Positions 48,597-61,645 of a stretch of DNA of 64,000 bases are shown here, one piece after another. Location: the NCBI GenBank assembly GCA_024679065.1, contig JAGIQG010000007.1, forward strand, positions 49,166,001-49,230,000, in the 5' to 3' direction. Below the pieces are notes generated by a model that saw only the letters and a list, made by a program, of their open reading frames with translations, was not told the origin of the DNA and did no database searches. Position numbers and translations under genes: made by a program. Source of the DNA: Sphyrna mokarran. Lineage: Eukaryota. Every line of letters begins with the position of its first letter. Position 1 is the stretch's first letter.

Positions 48597-50552
48597 TATA
48601 AATGTGGGATTCATTCTAGTTATGTTATCAAAGAATATCCTCAGTACTGCAACAATGGGATAATGATGAAAGGGAAGATCCATATATGTCAATGAGCAAA
48701 GAAATGCAACAATTTCTTGTCCAGCCAACTAGAATGTCTATTTACAAAATATATGGGCACAAATTCATTGACATAGTAACTGAAGCCAGCACCAAGGAGG
48801 CTGAGTGCCATGTTACTTATGTGTTCTGCACCACCAGCTACTTTAGTGCCTGTGCAGGCATCCCCAGATTGTGCGTTCATTGATTTTTTTTATTCATTTT
48901 ATCTGTATTTATCCCCGCACTGTGAAGAGCTTTGAATTTTTTAAAGTTAAATGTGCTATATAAATACAAGTTGTCTTTTCAAGACACCAATATCTTGGAA
49001 GCATAGTTAGTAAATTATATTGTGCCACACATGATATCAAAGGGCAATGCTGCAGTCTTAAATTGTCAAGGTAACTCTTAATTAGTGCAACTGGTTCTGT
49101 CACTAATTCAACAGCGTGATGACACTAAATGGTTCCAGACTGAAAAAGATTTCCTACAGAGCCCAGATATATTGAATGAGAAGAATTTTCCTTCAACCTT
49201 TCTGTGGAAGCTGTAAGCATTAGGCTGCTTATTACACTGGGAGGAGGGGTGTGAATGGATTATCCTGCTGGAAGCAAAGTCAGTGAGAAGTCTAATTGCT
49301 CTTCAACAGCCTACCCCCGAGCATTATGCACTGTGGGCAGACTACATTGCTTATTAATAGTCTTACCACCCTTCAGTGGGAGAACTTCCCACCCTTGGGA
49401 ATTGCCAATGAGTTGGATTTGCCAGTAACTCCCAAGAACATATAGTAGGCACTGCAACAAGGGAGTAGTAGGTCAGTGGATCCTGGATCCAGAAATGAGT
49501 CCAGTTGACCTGTTTCCGGGACCTTGGACAGGCATGGTTTGGAGTTTAGAGGGGAGGTAGCGGTGTAGAATTGATGGGTTTTATCATCAGGACAGTGAGA
49601 AGAAGGGAATGGTATCTTGGGGTGGTGGCTCTGAGAGGTGTAAAGGGCAGCCCCCTCGCACCCCCAAAGACACTACCCATTTCCTTCCCAACCTTTTAAA
49701 ATAGATTATAAAATGGCGTGCCTAACTGCCAATACCACAGCATTGTGGCACGGGCAGCAAATTTATTGGAGTTGATTGGCTTACTAGTAAGCTCAATTCA
49801 TGATTGATTTTTAAAATACGGTGGGTGGACTCCACATTTTGACACCATGTGGGTGAGCATGGGGTACGCGGGAAGGCGGGTTTGGACCTGCCTTAATTTA
49901 TACAAGCTCTGATGAAAATGTGCTTGGCAGGGGTACACATCATCCATCCCATTGTTTCAATCCCTATCATAAAATCCAATCCCAGCCACTAAATCTCTCT
50001 CTCCCCAACAGCCATTGACTGTGGCTCAATTAGACCTTTCACAATCTTGGCTTGCTATTTGACTCTGAAATGAGCTTACAACATTACCAAAATTGCCTAC
50101 TTCCATTTCCATTCACCTGTCTTTAGTTCATCTGTAGCTAAAACTCTCATCTATGGCTCTTTTACCCCTCTAGATTTGACTGTTCTAATGGCCTCCTGAC
50201 CTTTGACCCTCCAAAAATGAACTCCTCTAAAATCCATACAGAATTCTGTTCACCCATCACCCATGCTTGCTGATCTGCATCAGTTTCCACTCTGGCAATG
50301 CTAAATTAGAATAAACATTGTTTTCAAATCCCTCTTCTTATTTTTATAACCTCCTTGAAACGTACAAACATAATAGATCTTTGGGCTCCTCCAATTCCAG
50401 CATATCCTACGTATTATTTGCTCCATTAGTTGCCTGGACCTTTAGCTTTGGAAGCCTTTACCCGGCCTGCCTGCCCTTCTACATCTTTCTATAAAGTGTT
50501 CCTTAAAACTTTTCTTTAGTCAATCTAATATCTACTCATATATGGCTTTTTT

Positions 50553-50943
50553 CATAAGGACATAAGAAATAGGAGCAGGAGTAGGCTACACAGCCCCTCG
50601 AGCCTGCCCCACCATTCAATGAGATCATGGCTAATCTGTAGTGGTTCAGTACCAATTTCCCATTTTCTCCCCGTAACCTAATTCCCTTGTCAATTAAAAA
50701 CCTATCCACTCTTGACTTGAACATATTCAGTGAGGAAGCCTCCACCACCTCATCAGGCAGAGAATTCCAAAGATTCACCACCCTTTGCGTGAAGAAACCC
50801 CTCCGCAACTCTGATCTGAACCACACCCCCTCTGCCCTCCTAATCTTGAGGCTGTGCCCTCTAGTCCTGCTATCTTTGCTAAGCGAGAAGAGTCTCTCAA
50901 CCTCTACCCTATCCATCCCCTTCATTATTTTATATGTTTCTCT
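50553..50943 (-). mobile_element. CR1 LINE 3' end
   Basis: ETYKIMKGMDRV...TRGHSLKI...FFTQRVVNLWNSLP. Confidence 0.92.
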
Positions 50944-50989
50944 AGTCACTGCTAAAATATTCCAAGATGTTAACAAGAGGACCTCACAT

Positions 50990-51250
50990 GTCAACTCTTT
51001 TCCTGTTCACTTAAGTTGTCAAATTCCATGCTAAAGCATCTTTTCATTATAAAATACACAGTGTGCAGCACATATGCCAATAATTTTGAAAATCTCCTCT
51101 GAACCATGCTATATGGGCCATTGAGCAGTAAAAACATTTGAAATATTGCCTTGAGCACCCCGAAAGCCTGTTCCATGATTCATTTAGTTTGTCCATATGC
51201 CTTCTTGTAACTTTGTTCTACTTGAGACAGGGGTCATATCACACTGAGAA
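50990..51250 (-). mobile_element. Harbinger/PIF transposase remnant (C-terminal E motif)
   Basis: EQSYKKAYGQTK*IMEQAFGVLKAIF matches E-x-x-YN-x-AH-x-x-TR-x-x-IE-x-AFG-x-LK-x-RF. Confidence 0.7.
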
Positions 51251-51529
51251 AAATAATGTCTGCCCTATTTTAATCGTAAAAAGATGAACATTAATGGGCA
51301 CGTTGCACATGTTAAATTGGCTGAAACTCATGCAAGTGCACTGACCCTCCTATCCAAATTCTCCAGGTGACCTGCTGTGCAAAGCGCTATGCCAATGCTT
51401 AAATCAATTCATTAAAGACTGCCCTTAAGTCATTTTAGAAGAGGTTTTACTGGGCCAAAATTGAGGATTGCAAATAGTCTTCTGTTAATTGCTTTTGTTA
51501 TTTCCTAATAAGGGCAATACTTATACAAT

Positions 51530-52230
51530 TAAAACAAAATGTGGGAAATAATTAACAGGTCTGAACATCCAAGAAGAGAAACACAGTTAACATTTCAGGT
51601 CAATGACTCTTCACCAGAACTAGGCAAAGCTAGAAATATATGGATTTTAAGCAAGTGAAGGGGCAGGGGAAGATGGTAAAAGAGCAAAGGAGAAGTTCTG
51701 TAATAGGTGAAAGACAGGAGAAAATAAATAACAAAAGAGTCGGTGGTGCATGGCCAATAGGAGTGGGCATGGGGTAAATAAACAAAAGATGCATCTAGAG
51801 AAAGTGTGCCTAGCAGAAAGATGCTATCCAACAGCAAAAACAAGGTAAAGCAAGATTAAATATGCAAAACAAAGGAAACAAAGTGGAAAACAGAGATTAT
51901 GGTCTAAAATGATTGAAGTCAGTACTGAGTGCAGAAACATGCAAAAATTGAAAGTAGCATTCTGTCCACAAGCTTATGTTGAACTTCATTGGAACATTGC
52001 AAGAAGCAAAGGATGGAGAGACCTTCCTGAGAGCAAGATGGAGAAGTAAGATCACCTGAAGCTTGGGTCATACTTGTGACTGAAGGATGATATTCTGCAG
52101 TCTGATCACTCATTCTGCATTTTGTCCCTCCAGTATAGAGCAAATTACAATGTTAGCAGCAAATAGGATGTAAAATCACTAAAAGAAGTGCAAGTCAGTT
52201 GCTGTTGCAGCCAGTAAGAATGTTCTGGAG
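51530..52230 (-). mobile_element. Decayed Penelope-like element 3' part (GIY-YIG plus family 2 pLTR)
   Basis: LYTGGTKCRMSDQTAEY...LQCSNEVQHKL (cf. YIGETKRRLGDRFAEH...); pLTR TTCTGGTGAAGAGTCATTGACCTGAAATGTTAAC at about 51586-51620. Confidence 0.75.
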
Positions 52231-52239
52231 CTTGGAATA

Positions 52240-52685
52240 TCTCTGTAACCTCACAGATTTTACCACGGCTAATCCATCTAATTTATAGATTTGAAGGCAT
52301 TAAAGGACAATTTAGCACAGCCAATCTATCTAACATCTTTGTCTGTTGGAGGAAACACACACATAGGAAGACGTGAAAACTCCAAATAGATAGAAACCCA
52401 AGGCCAGAATTGAATGCGGGTCTCTGGTGCTGAGAGACAGCAATGCTAACCATTGTGCCACCAGACCAGGTAAGGACGGTAGACTTCTTTCTCTAAAGGA
52501 CAATAGTGAACAAAATGGATTTTTACAAAAATGGAAAATCATTGCATGGTCATTATTTAATTCCAGATTTTTTTATTGAATTCAATACCTGTCATGGTGG
52601 AATTTGAACTGGGTGCCCAGAGGATTATCCTGAGTCTCTGAATTACTGGTCCAGTAACATTAGCACTATGCCATTGCCTTCCTCA
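52240..52685 (-). mobile_element. HE1-type SINE (about 52240-52462) adjoining SINE family 2 (about 52463-52685)
   Basis: GGAGGAAAC...CAGCAATGCTAACCATTGTGCCAC, then CAGACCAGGTAAGGACGGTAGA...TAAAGGAC. Confidence 0.75.
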
Positions 52686-53746
52686 TGGCAAGGGTTTTTT
52701 TTTAAAACCAGATAAACAGGAAGCCTGGGGATCATTTGTTTCTGAAATTGGAATCAATAAGAAAAAATATGAATTGCTATTCACAGCATTCAAAAGAGAG
52801 AAATGCTTCCTAAAATGTGAGGGAATAATCAAAATTTAAATCAGAAGAAAAGAGCAGTGCGCAGACTAGGGATTCCAGTGTATTAAAAGATAAGGATTTT
52901 GAGAAATAAAATTGATATAAAGTCACCAACACATTCTCAATTCCAACACAGCTTTCAGGAAATTCACTTTCTAAAGGCTTGACAAATATTTTGTACATTA
53001 TAAAGTAGAAACTCCAAATTCTGACCTCTGTCCAATATATCACTCTGGATTTGTTATCATTTTGAGCTAATAATATGGGTTCAAGCACAAAATAACAGGC
53101 TATTTTGTAAAAAAGACTAAGATTGAAATTCAGTTAGTAAAATTAAAACAGCAGTTGGAAACTTGAGAACTGAGTCATTCTCTGAATGGTGGGATTATTT
53201 TCGGGTCAGAAATTTGATGCAGTCATTCACAAACCAACACAATTATCACCCCACATTCCAGGTTCCCCAAATAGAGAAGATGGATGGCATGATATTCTAA
53301 TCCAGCAACAAAGATTCTCTACTGAAAGAGACCCCAACAGTACGTACAGTAACAGCAGTAATTGAAGCATGAACAATACCAGTTGAAAGAAACAAAGAAT
53401 TGCAGGTTGGAGGGAATGTGGAAAAGTCTGATTCCAGTTCACAGATTCCTTCTTGGAGCTGATAATTGATGCACTGAAGACAAGAGGTCCTGTACCCTGA
53501 GGTGAGTGTAAGGAGGCCATTCAGTCTCAGAAAGAAAGTGCACCTACACTTCACGGAAATTGTCAGCAACAAGTGTGATGCTGAGGAACTGGGTACTGTG
53601 TCAGAAATGGTTTAATGACCATTTGAGATCTGGCAAGGTGTGTCTGGCAACTTGCAATGGATAACCATCGCCATCTGTCCTCCCTAGCATTTTCCTGAAT
53701 ACCTAATCGACACACCTTGCAATCTTCTGGCCTATCATTAATCATT

Positions 53747-55506
53747 AAGAATTTAGCAACACCAATTATTAATCCAACCGATTTATTTGATAGTAAAAAA
53801 GCGAGCTTTCAACACTCCCGTGTCTTCATCAGGCAAGTGCAGTGTTCTGGTCTGCAATAGCACACATCAGCACAGACAGTCAGAGATTGCTGATTAGATC
53901 GCTTCATCTTGGACCACAATGTCTTCACTTTCAACAATCAGCTTTTCATCCAGACACACGGAACAGCCATGGGGACCAAATTCGCACCTCAGTATGCCAA
54001 CATCTTCATGCACAGGTTCGAACAAGACTTCTTCACCACACGAGATCTCCAACCAAGGTTATATACTAGATACATTGATGGCATCTTTTTCCTTTGGACT
54101 CATGATGAACAATCATTGAAACAACTGTATGATGATATCAACAAGTTCCATCCCACCATCAGACTCACCATGGACTATTCTCCAGAATCAGTTGCATTCT
54201 GTTGGACACACGCATCTCCATCAAGGACGGTCACCTCAGCACCTCACTGTACCGCAAACCGACAGACAACCTCACCATGCTCCACTTCTCCAGCTTCCAC
54301 CCTAGACACATTAAAGAAGCCATTCCCTATGGACAAGCCCTCCGTATACACAGAATTTGCTCAGATGAGGAGGATCGTGACAGACACCTCCAGACACTGA
54401 AGGATGCATTCGTGAGAACAGGATATGGCGCTCGACTCATCGATCGACAGTTCCAACGTGCCACAACGATAAACCGCACTGATCTCCTCAGAAGACGAAC
54501 ACGGGACACGGTGGACAGAGTAGCCTTTGTTGTCCAGTACTTCCCCGGAGCGGAGAAGCTACGACATCTTCTCCGGAGTCTTCAACATATCATTGATGAC
54601 GATGAACATCTCGCTAGGGCCATCCCCACCGCCCCACTTCTTGCTTTCAGACAACCGCACAACCTCAAACAGATCATTGTTCGCAGCAAACTACCCAACC
54701 TTCAGGAGAACAGTGACCACAATACCACACAACCCTGCCACAGCAACCTCTGCAAGACATGCCGGATCATAGACATGGACGACATCATCACACGTGAGGA
54801 TACCATTCACCAGATGCACGGTACATACTCTTGCAACTCGGCCAACGTTGTCTACCTAATACGTTGCAAGAAAGGATGTCCCGAAGCATGGTATATTGGG
54901 GAGACCATGCAAACACTATGACAGCGGATGAATGAGCATCGCTCAACAATCACCAGGCAAAACAGTTCCCTTCCTGTGGGTGAACACTTCCGCAGTCATG
55001 GGCATTCGGCCTCCGACCTGCGGGTAAATGTTCTTCAAGGGGGCTTTCGTGATACACGACAGCGCAGAGTCGCTGAACAGAGACTGATAGCCAAGCTCCG
55101 CACACATGAGGACGGTCTTAACAGGGATCTTGGCTTCATGACACACTATCTGTAACCCCCGTAACTTGCCTGGGTTAGCAACAAACCTCACTTACTGTGC
55201 TGTCTGGAGAAAATACACAATTCTCTAACAATGCTCAGGATCCCCTTCACACACATTGTTAGCCACTTTAACACTTGAATAGCAGGTTAGATGTAAGGAT
55301 TCGCATTCTAATCAGCAATCTCTGACTGTCTGTGCTGATGTGGGCTATTGCAGACCAGAACACTGCACTTGCCTGATGAAGACACGGGAGTGTTGAAAGC
55401 TCGCTTTTTTACTATCAAATAAATCGGTTGGATTAATAATTGGTGTTGCTAAATTCTTACTGAGTTCTTACCACTCCAATCCAACGCCGGCATCTTTACA
55501 TCATGA
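53747..55506 (+). mobile_element. 5'-truncated Penelope-like retroelement (RT plus GIY-YIG) with inverted pLTRs and a 15-bp TSD
   Basis: RT motifs GTAMGTKFAPQYANIFM, RYIDG(D), LYRKPTD, IPYGQALR; GIY-YIG NVVYLIRC...YIGET...EH...GLN; frameshift at about 54200 and TGA at 54919; 153-bp inverted repeat 53746-53898 / 55307-55459 with one mismatch seen; TSD CTATCATTAATCATT at 53732-53746 and 55507-55521. Confidence 0.97.
55371..55404 (+). ncRNA. Minimal type I hammerhead ribozyme motif in the pLTR (mirror copy at 53801-53834, minus strand)
   Basis: GC-CTGATGA-A-GACAC-GGGA-GTGTT-GAA-AGCT-C^GC: intact core, 5-bp helix II, palindromic AGCT typical of dimer-dependent PLE hammerheads; helix I is only 2 bp. 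Confidence 0.7.
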
Positions 55507-57959
55507 CTATCATTAATCATTGCAGGATTTTATATGACTTTTCTTTCAATTTGATTCTATCCTTAACTCACTTCATTAACCAATAATGATACACCCTTCT
55601 TGCTCAATGGAATACATCTTTGTTGAGAGTTACGGAATATCTCTATAAATGTCTACCACCACCTATCTACTATCTTAGCTTTTAATCTATTTTTCAGCCC
55701 ACTATAAATCAAGTCTGTCTTCAGTTTTGTGATTGCCGTTATTTAAATTTAAGACATTATTTTCCAATCCAGAATTCTCAACCACAAACTGAATGTTTTG
55801 ATCACAAATTCAACACTTAGAATTTTTGGGGAGAATCATCCCTATCCCCACATTAGTGCCTAAAATAGCAAATAGTTGGGGCATAGTCTAATTTCATAAT
55901 GTACCTTGGGGTTTCTGATCACGTCCCTCAACGAAACCATGAAACTAGAAAGAGGATGTAGCCAGTTATGTGGAATTCCACCAAACAGATTATTTTAGAT
56001 AGAATTGGTGATAACACGGATAGTTCTAATCCAGTGTTAAACTATTACTAGGAGAATAAAAAAAAGCTTGAGAATTGGAGTTAGATATTGACGGAAACTG
56101 CAGAGAGGCAGAAAACACTTAAAAAGAGTCTAAATTAGATAATGGAATGGGAAGGCCTACAGAAACAAGAGCAATCAAGAGAATGAACTATCAACCTAAA
56201 TAATGATGTTAGTCACTGGATTCAAGATTGACCTATTTATTAAACAAGAGTTTGGGGCTGAAATTTGAAATCTCGTTAATAAAATGCTTTTGTACAATTT
56301 CAACAGCAACTGCAGCTGTGATCATGTGTTGTTGAAGGTTTTGATGCATGCAAGATAGACAGGAATAGGCTAGAAATCATCATGAAAAACCAATGTAATG
56401 TAAAAGTCCCAATCAGGAGAGAAGGAATAAAATTCTAGCTTGCTTGGAATAAATAATGTATCAGAAACAGTTTCTTGTTATGATGAGTAAAATAAGAAGA
56501 AAACATACCTTTGTTTAATTGTGCTCTGTTCCCTAATGAGCTGAAAAGCTGTAGAGATCTCAAGAGGGCAAAGTGCAGGGTAGCAGAAAGAATCAACCTC
56601 TAGGGTAGACCTAGGCATAGTTGAATGACCAACATCAAAGCAGTTGCAGGCGAGCTACAGTGGATGTGTCAGGATAGCACATAACAGCTGAGTGTAATGG
56701 ATCATGACAGCAGACCTACTGGTAGGAGTAGGAGTAACAGCAGCAGCAGCAGCAGCCTACTAATGATACTCCCCTTGTTAACAATTTTTTGTATGCTGAA
56801 GTAATGAATAAAGTCATTAGAATCATAATCACTGACTGATTTTGTTACTACTCAAGTGACCAATGAAAATTTTAAATAATGGAGCTCTAATTGTGATCAG
56901 GAAAGGCTCCAGAGATGGGTTATCTGCCACAATTAAGGACTGGGGCAAAGGAGACCCAATGTATCCTTGTGAGGTCTGCAGGTGTACTGTTGCTCCCCCT
57001 GGGCAACAAGGCAACCTAAAGTCATATTTTTCATACTTTGTTGAGTCTTGTCTGGCCGACATTCCAATTCCAGGCAGGTATGGCCTGATGAACTTGATAA
57101 TCTGCCAATAACATCGTTGGACCAAATCTGTATATTGAAAGCACTCTGCACTCCTATGAGTGTCCAGTTCTTTTGTTGAACAGCAGGAAGTCAGCAAGAT
57201 TAGAGGAGTTAAGTGACTGGACCTCTCAGGTGATAGCAGCTAAAAAAAATCAAGACTCTTAAGCAACAACATGGAAAAAAGATTTAGCTTTAACTCAAAG
57301 AAGTTATAAAGGACATGGCTGAATTCTTAAGTAGTTCAGAGTGTAGTGTATTTGGAAGGTCAGTAGAGGGAATTATATTTGGTTGGTATCAACGCGATAG
57401 GAAGCCAAAATGCTTTTGGCCATTTCCAATGCAACCTGACTCTGGGAACTACTGCAACTGCATTGTGTGTGGCCCAAATGCATGTAAAGTGGGTAGATAG
57501 TGTTGGCCACCATCTCTTGCTGATTTGACAATCTGGAATTTTTGACCATATGAATCCAGTCTCTTAATCACTCCCAACTGGACATACATTCAAATGCACG
57601 AGGAATACCTGCATCACCACCAACTTCCCCCACCTCCCACCAATAGTGCTATTTAAAAGGCAAATAATACAACCTCCAGGTGATTTGCTTCTGACTTTCT
57701 TTTGTGGTACAGAATCAGTGGAATTACACAGATTGTTACTGAAGGAGTTTTGAAAACAATTTGAATTTACAATTGAGTTGAAATGGATTTTGACAAGGTG
57801 GTCGGAGGAATTGAAATGAATATTTCAATGATGGGAATTATTGGTGTGATCCCCTTCAGCTGCAGCACGACTTGGAAATGGACCATAAGCAGCGGATGTA
57901 GAAAACTTCACATACAGGTTAGAGAAGTAAACCATTAATCAGAAGCTCCTGCCCACATA

Positions 57960-58510
57960 GGGCTTTGTGCAAGTATTTTTCTCACCTCAGTCAGGAACAG
58001 TGTATGAAGTGCTTGAGTTTCACTAAGAAGGTGGTCACTGAACGATGTCTGTATCCTCTACAACCCAACCTACAGCCACACAGCAAGATGTGAATAGTGT
58101 TCATAATGACCATCAAAGTTATTGTGATTCTACATTTCCAATATCAGAGGTTCCTTCCTGGTGGAATCAGGTGACATTGTCAACCGTTCATATTGGTGTG
58201 CCTTGGAGGTGACTGAGCCCCTGAACAGAAGGAGAGAGAACTTTATTTTCATTTTACTGATGGGAGACAAATAAAAGAGAACTGATGGTTTTTCAAGTCT
58301 AATAGGATTGTGCAGGTACAATCAGCTGTGGGGTAGGTGGTTTTGTAAGCCCCACATGTTAATAGGGAGTCCATGCCGAAACTCAAGGATGACCAATTAG
58401 TTAGTACACTCTTGTATGATCTTGCACAGCAGGTTCTGTTGCTGAACACCCACCAACCTGGCAATAGCCACGACGCATTCATCCTGCACCAACTATATCC
58501 ACCATCTATG
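57960..58510 (+). mobile_element. Harbinger/HARBI1-like transposase remnant
   Basis: NTHQPGNSHDAFILHQ (cf. PGS-x-HDAFILR), with upstream GSF...GDI, EVTEPL and VQSA motifs. Confidence 0.75.
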
Positions 58511-58559
58511 GTTCATCACAAAAAACCAAAAGCTGGCGGCAAGGCAGTAAAGGACACTT

Positions 58560-59160
58560 GAGGGAATCATGGATACATAGATCTTTGAAGGTGATAGGAC
58601 ATATTAAGAAAGTTGTTCAGAAAGCAAATGGGATCTCAGACTTCATAAATAGAAGCCTTCATTAAAGAAGTTGGATAGCTATCTTGAACCTTGTTAAAGA
58701 TGTGGTTTGGCCACAGCTAAGGTATAGTTCTGGTTACCAAACTTGAAGATGGTTCTGGCTAGGGTCCAGAGGAAATTTACCAGAGTGAGGGATTTTAGCT
58801 ACAAGGTTAGCTTGGAGGGGCTAGACTTGTTCTTGAAATCAAGAAGTTTAAGAGGAGATTTGATAAGTGGATAAATAAAGGCTGTTGATGTTGGAAGAAC
58901 TGGCAGACACAAATTTAAGGTTTTGGTAAGAGATACAGGTGGATGTGAGGAAGAACATTTTTACACAGTAAGTAATAATGATCTGGAACTCACTGTCTAC
59001 AAGGGTGTTGGAAGCAGAATTCATGAAGGAACTGGACAGATACTCGAGGGCTACGGGTAGAGAATAAGGGAATGCAATTGACTGGATTTTTCAACAGAGA
59101 ACCAGCATGGATGTAATGAGCTGAATGGCTCTCTTCTATGCCGTTATAACTCTAAAGCTC
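58560..59160 (+). mobile_element. Old CR1 3' fragment
   Basis: KVVQKANGI..FINR, RGDLI, FTQ*VIMIWNSL-like sequence. Confidence 0.75.
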
Positions 59161-61169
59161 CATGATTCTTATGGCTGGGGTTTTCCTGTTGTGGCAAAAC
59201 CGATCATGCCGTATTCAGTGGCCCTGCCAAAACTTCATTTACTTTTGGTGGGATCACGTGTTCCCTGCAGTGGGTAGAGATGGAATACCCTGCCCTAAGT
59301 CTGGTAAATAGTTTTTGCTTGAACATTTTTGTCTGTCAGTGATATTTCCCCTTCGCAAAAAAAGTAAACTTTCACTCCAGTGAACACTATTCTGTAAACT
59401 GGAGTTAACTATTAAATCAGGGCATGCATTCCATACCACCCACCAATAAGAATGCTAATTTTAGAAAGTAGAAGACATAAAGAGAAAAGTTGTATTTGGC
59501 CTAATAATCACACACATTTCCTTTGAGATAGTGAGATTGGCAAGATGCTAAATTCATGCCCATGTTGATCTATACATTTCCAAAGTGTAGCTTAGTGCAC
59601 CTCCCCTTCTACCTTGTTATACTACCCAATCACTAGAGACACCCTGATCCTTGATTGTTATCTGGAAAGCAGTGATTTATGGACACATAGCATCCCTGTG
59701 ACATCAGAGTCCCCCTCTGTCATTGCTTTCACAGCTGTAATTTGCAATTCTAATACAAGCCATCCCAGATTTGGAGCACTCCCCATATAATCACCTTCAC
59801 CTGAACCTAAAATAATCATGATATTTGTTTGGGGTCTAAGCATGTAAACAATTCCTCCTTCAAGAAAGATGACAGGCTAGGAGATATTCTTCCAGACAGT
59901 TGTCTTAAATAATTACCAGTTCAGTTATAACTACCTGCATATTATACAGGTCCAAGTCATTGTATCTCCCCATTTTAGGAGGATATAAGGGACAGCATCC
60001 CCTTAAAATTATAAACAGAATACTATGTGAGATGTTTTACTGAATTATTTATGAGTTTATTAAAGAACCATAATATGCAATACACATTAAAATAGATACA
60101 TACATTGCAATATTAAAAATTATAGAAGATGGAAAACATAAACCTTAGTCAGAATCCACTAAAAGGAAGCTCATAAAATGCTACAAACTAAAATCCTTTA
60201 GGATGACTGCCAAATATTAAAAGCAAACTGTTACCTTAAATTCCCAAATAGTTCAGCTACCTGAATATCAGGAGACAAAAATTGCTTGGTTGAAGTGTCC
60301 AGCTCTTCCACGGCTTAAGAAGCATGGTATAAGATTTCTCCTCAACGCTTCTGAATTTCAGGGAAGAATAACTTCTTTCTTATACACTGTTGAACTAAAT
60401 TAGATTGACCTTAGCAATTATGTGTGTTGCTTCTTTGCTTAAGTTCTTCCCTTTGATTATCAATTATCTTTCACTAGTATTGATAATTATTTCATTGTTG
60501 AATATTGCCTTATTGTGTGAACATTGTGAGCATTTATCTGGTTGATAAATGTTTGTAATGTGTTGCAATATCAAACCTAAATAATTTCACTTGTTTCTAT
60601 ATTTTTGTAAAGTAATTTTTAAACTGCTATGTAGAAATTCCATTTTGTAAAGTTTTTTTTTACTTTTATGTCATTTCAAGATTCTCATAGTATCTATCCT
60701 TTATAAAAGGTGTTTCATAGTGCACAATAATGGGTATGGGAGGAGATTCCGACAGGAGGCACAAAAATCAGCTTCTGTCAGCCTGAGATTACAGCGGGAT
60801 CTTCCCCTGGTGCCCACCATGATGGATCAGGAATCCCGGTGGAATTTAACATGAAACTGATTCGCACCCTGCTTCATGGGACACAGATGAAGACCCAGAC
60901 AGAATCTTCCCTGCATGCCTGATTGTCCACAAAGGCAGTGGGAAAACATGTCACAACACATCTGGAACAAAGTGATTTGTATAACTCAGGACTTAGCTGA
61001 AGAATGCCTGAGGCTGCCCCCTGCAGTTCCTCATGGATTCCCCCCCACCCATACCCTCAGCAACCCTGAACTACAGCAATGGATGTGGGGAGCATCTCTC
61101 AGGTGAATCTTCCAGCTTCAATGTCATTGAGGAAGTCCATCTTTCATTCTCAGAGTGTTCCTGAAGATC

Positions 61170-61445
61170 TTAACCTTGGGTCACTATCTGTATGGAGTTT
61201 GCACATTTTTCATTGTGTCTGCATGGGTTTCCTCCGAGTGATTCAGTTTCCTCCCACACTTCAAAGATGTGCAGGTTAGGTGGATTGGACATTCTAAATT
61301 GCCCCTCATGTGTAGGTTAGGTAGATTAGTTATGATGGATATGCTGGGTTGCAGGCAGGTGGGCCTGGGTGCCATGCTCTTCAATTGATTGATGCAGACT
61401 CAATGGGCCAATTGGCCTCCTTCTGCACTGTAGGGATTCTATGAT
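61170..61445 (+). mobile_element. HE1-type SINE (5'-truncated)
   Basis: TTGGGTCACTATCTGTATGGAGTTTGCAC...GGCCTCCTTCTGCACTGTAGGGATTCTATG. Confidence 0.88.
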
Positions 61446-61585
61446 CCTTCTTCTTTTTCGGCACATCTATCTTCTTTCTTCTAATGTGGGTCAGTGAAGT
61501 TGGGAACCTTTTAAATTTAGCACCGAGATATCACAGTAGGACATGCATCATCAAGCCCACCCCACCATAGAATAAGGGGTGGGCT

Positions 61586-61645
61586 TATATTCTACTTATA
61601 TTCCCATATTCCCATATTACCCATATTACCCATATTCTACTTATA
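61586..61645. repeat. Short tandem repeat (CCCATATT[A])n bounded by ATATTCTACTTATA direct repeats
   Basis: TATATTCTACTTATATTCCCATATTCCCATATTACCCATATTACCCATATTCTACTTATA. Confidence 0.85.

Noticed and set aside
53400-53580. Possible Harbinger Myb/SANT fragment, or an exon ending GAG|GTGAGT
   Set aside because: Too degenerate to support either reading.
56725-56757. (GCA)n / GGAGTA microsatellite as a polyQ exon
   Set aside because: Short, with no surrounding open frame or splice signals.
56829-57197. 122-aa minus-strand ORF
   Set aside because: No convincing motif; at most a faint Harbinger-like resemblance, too weak to call.
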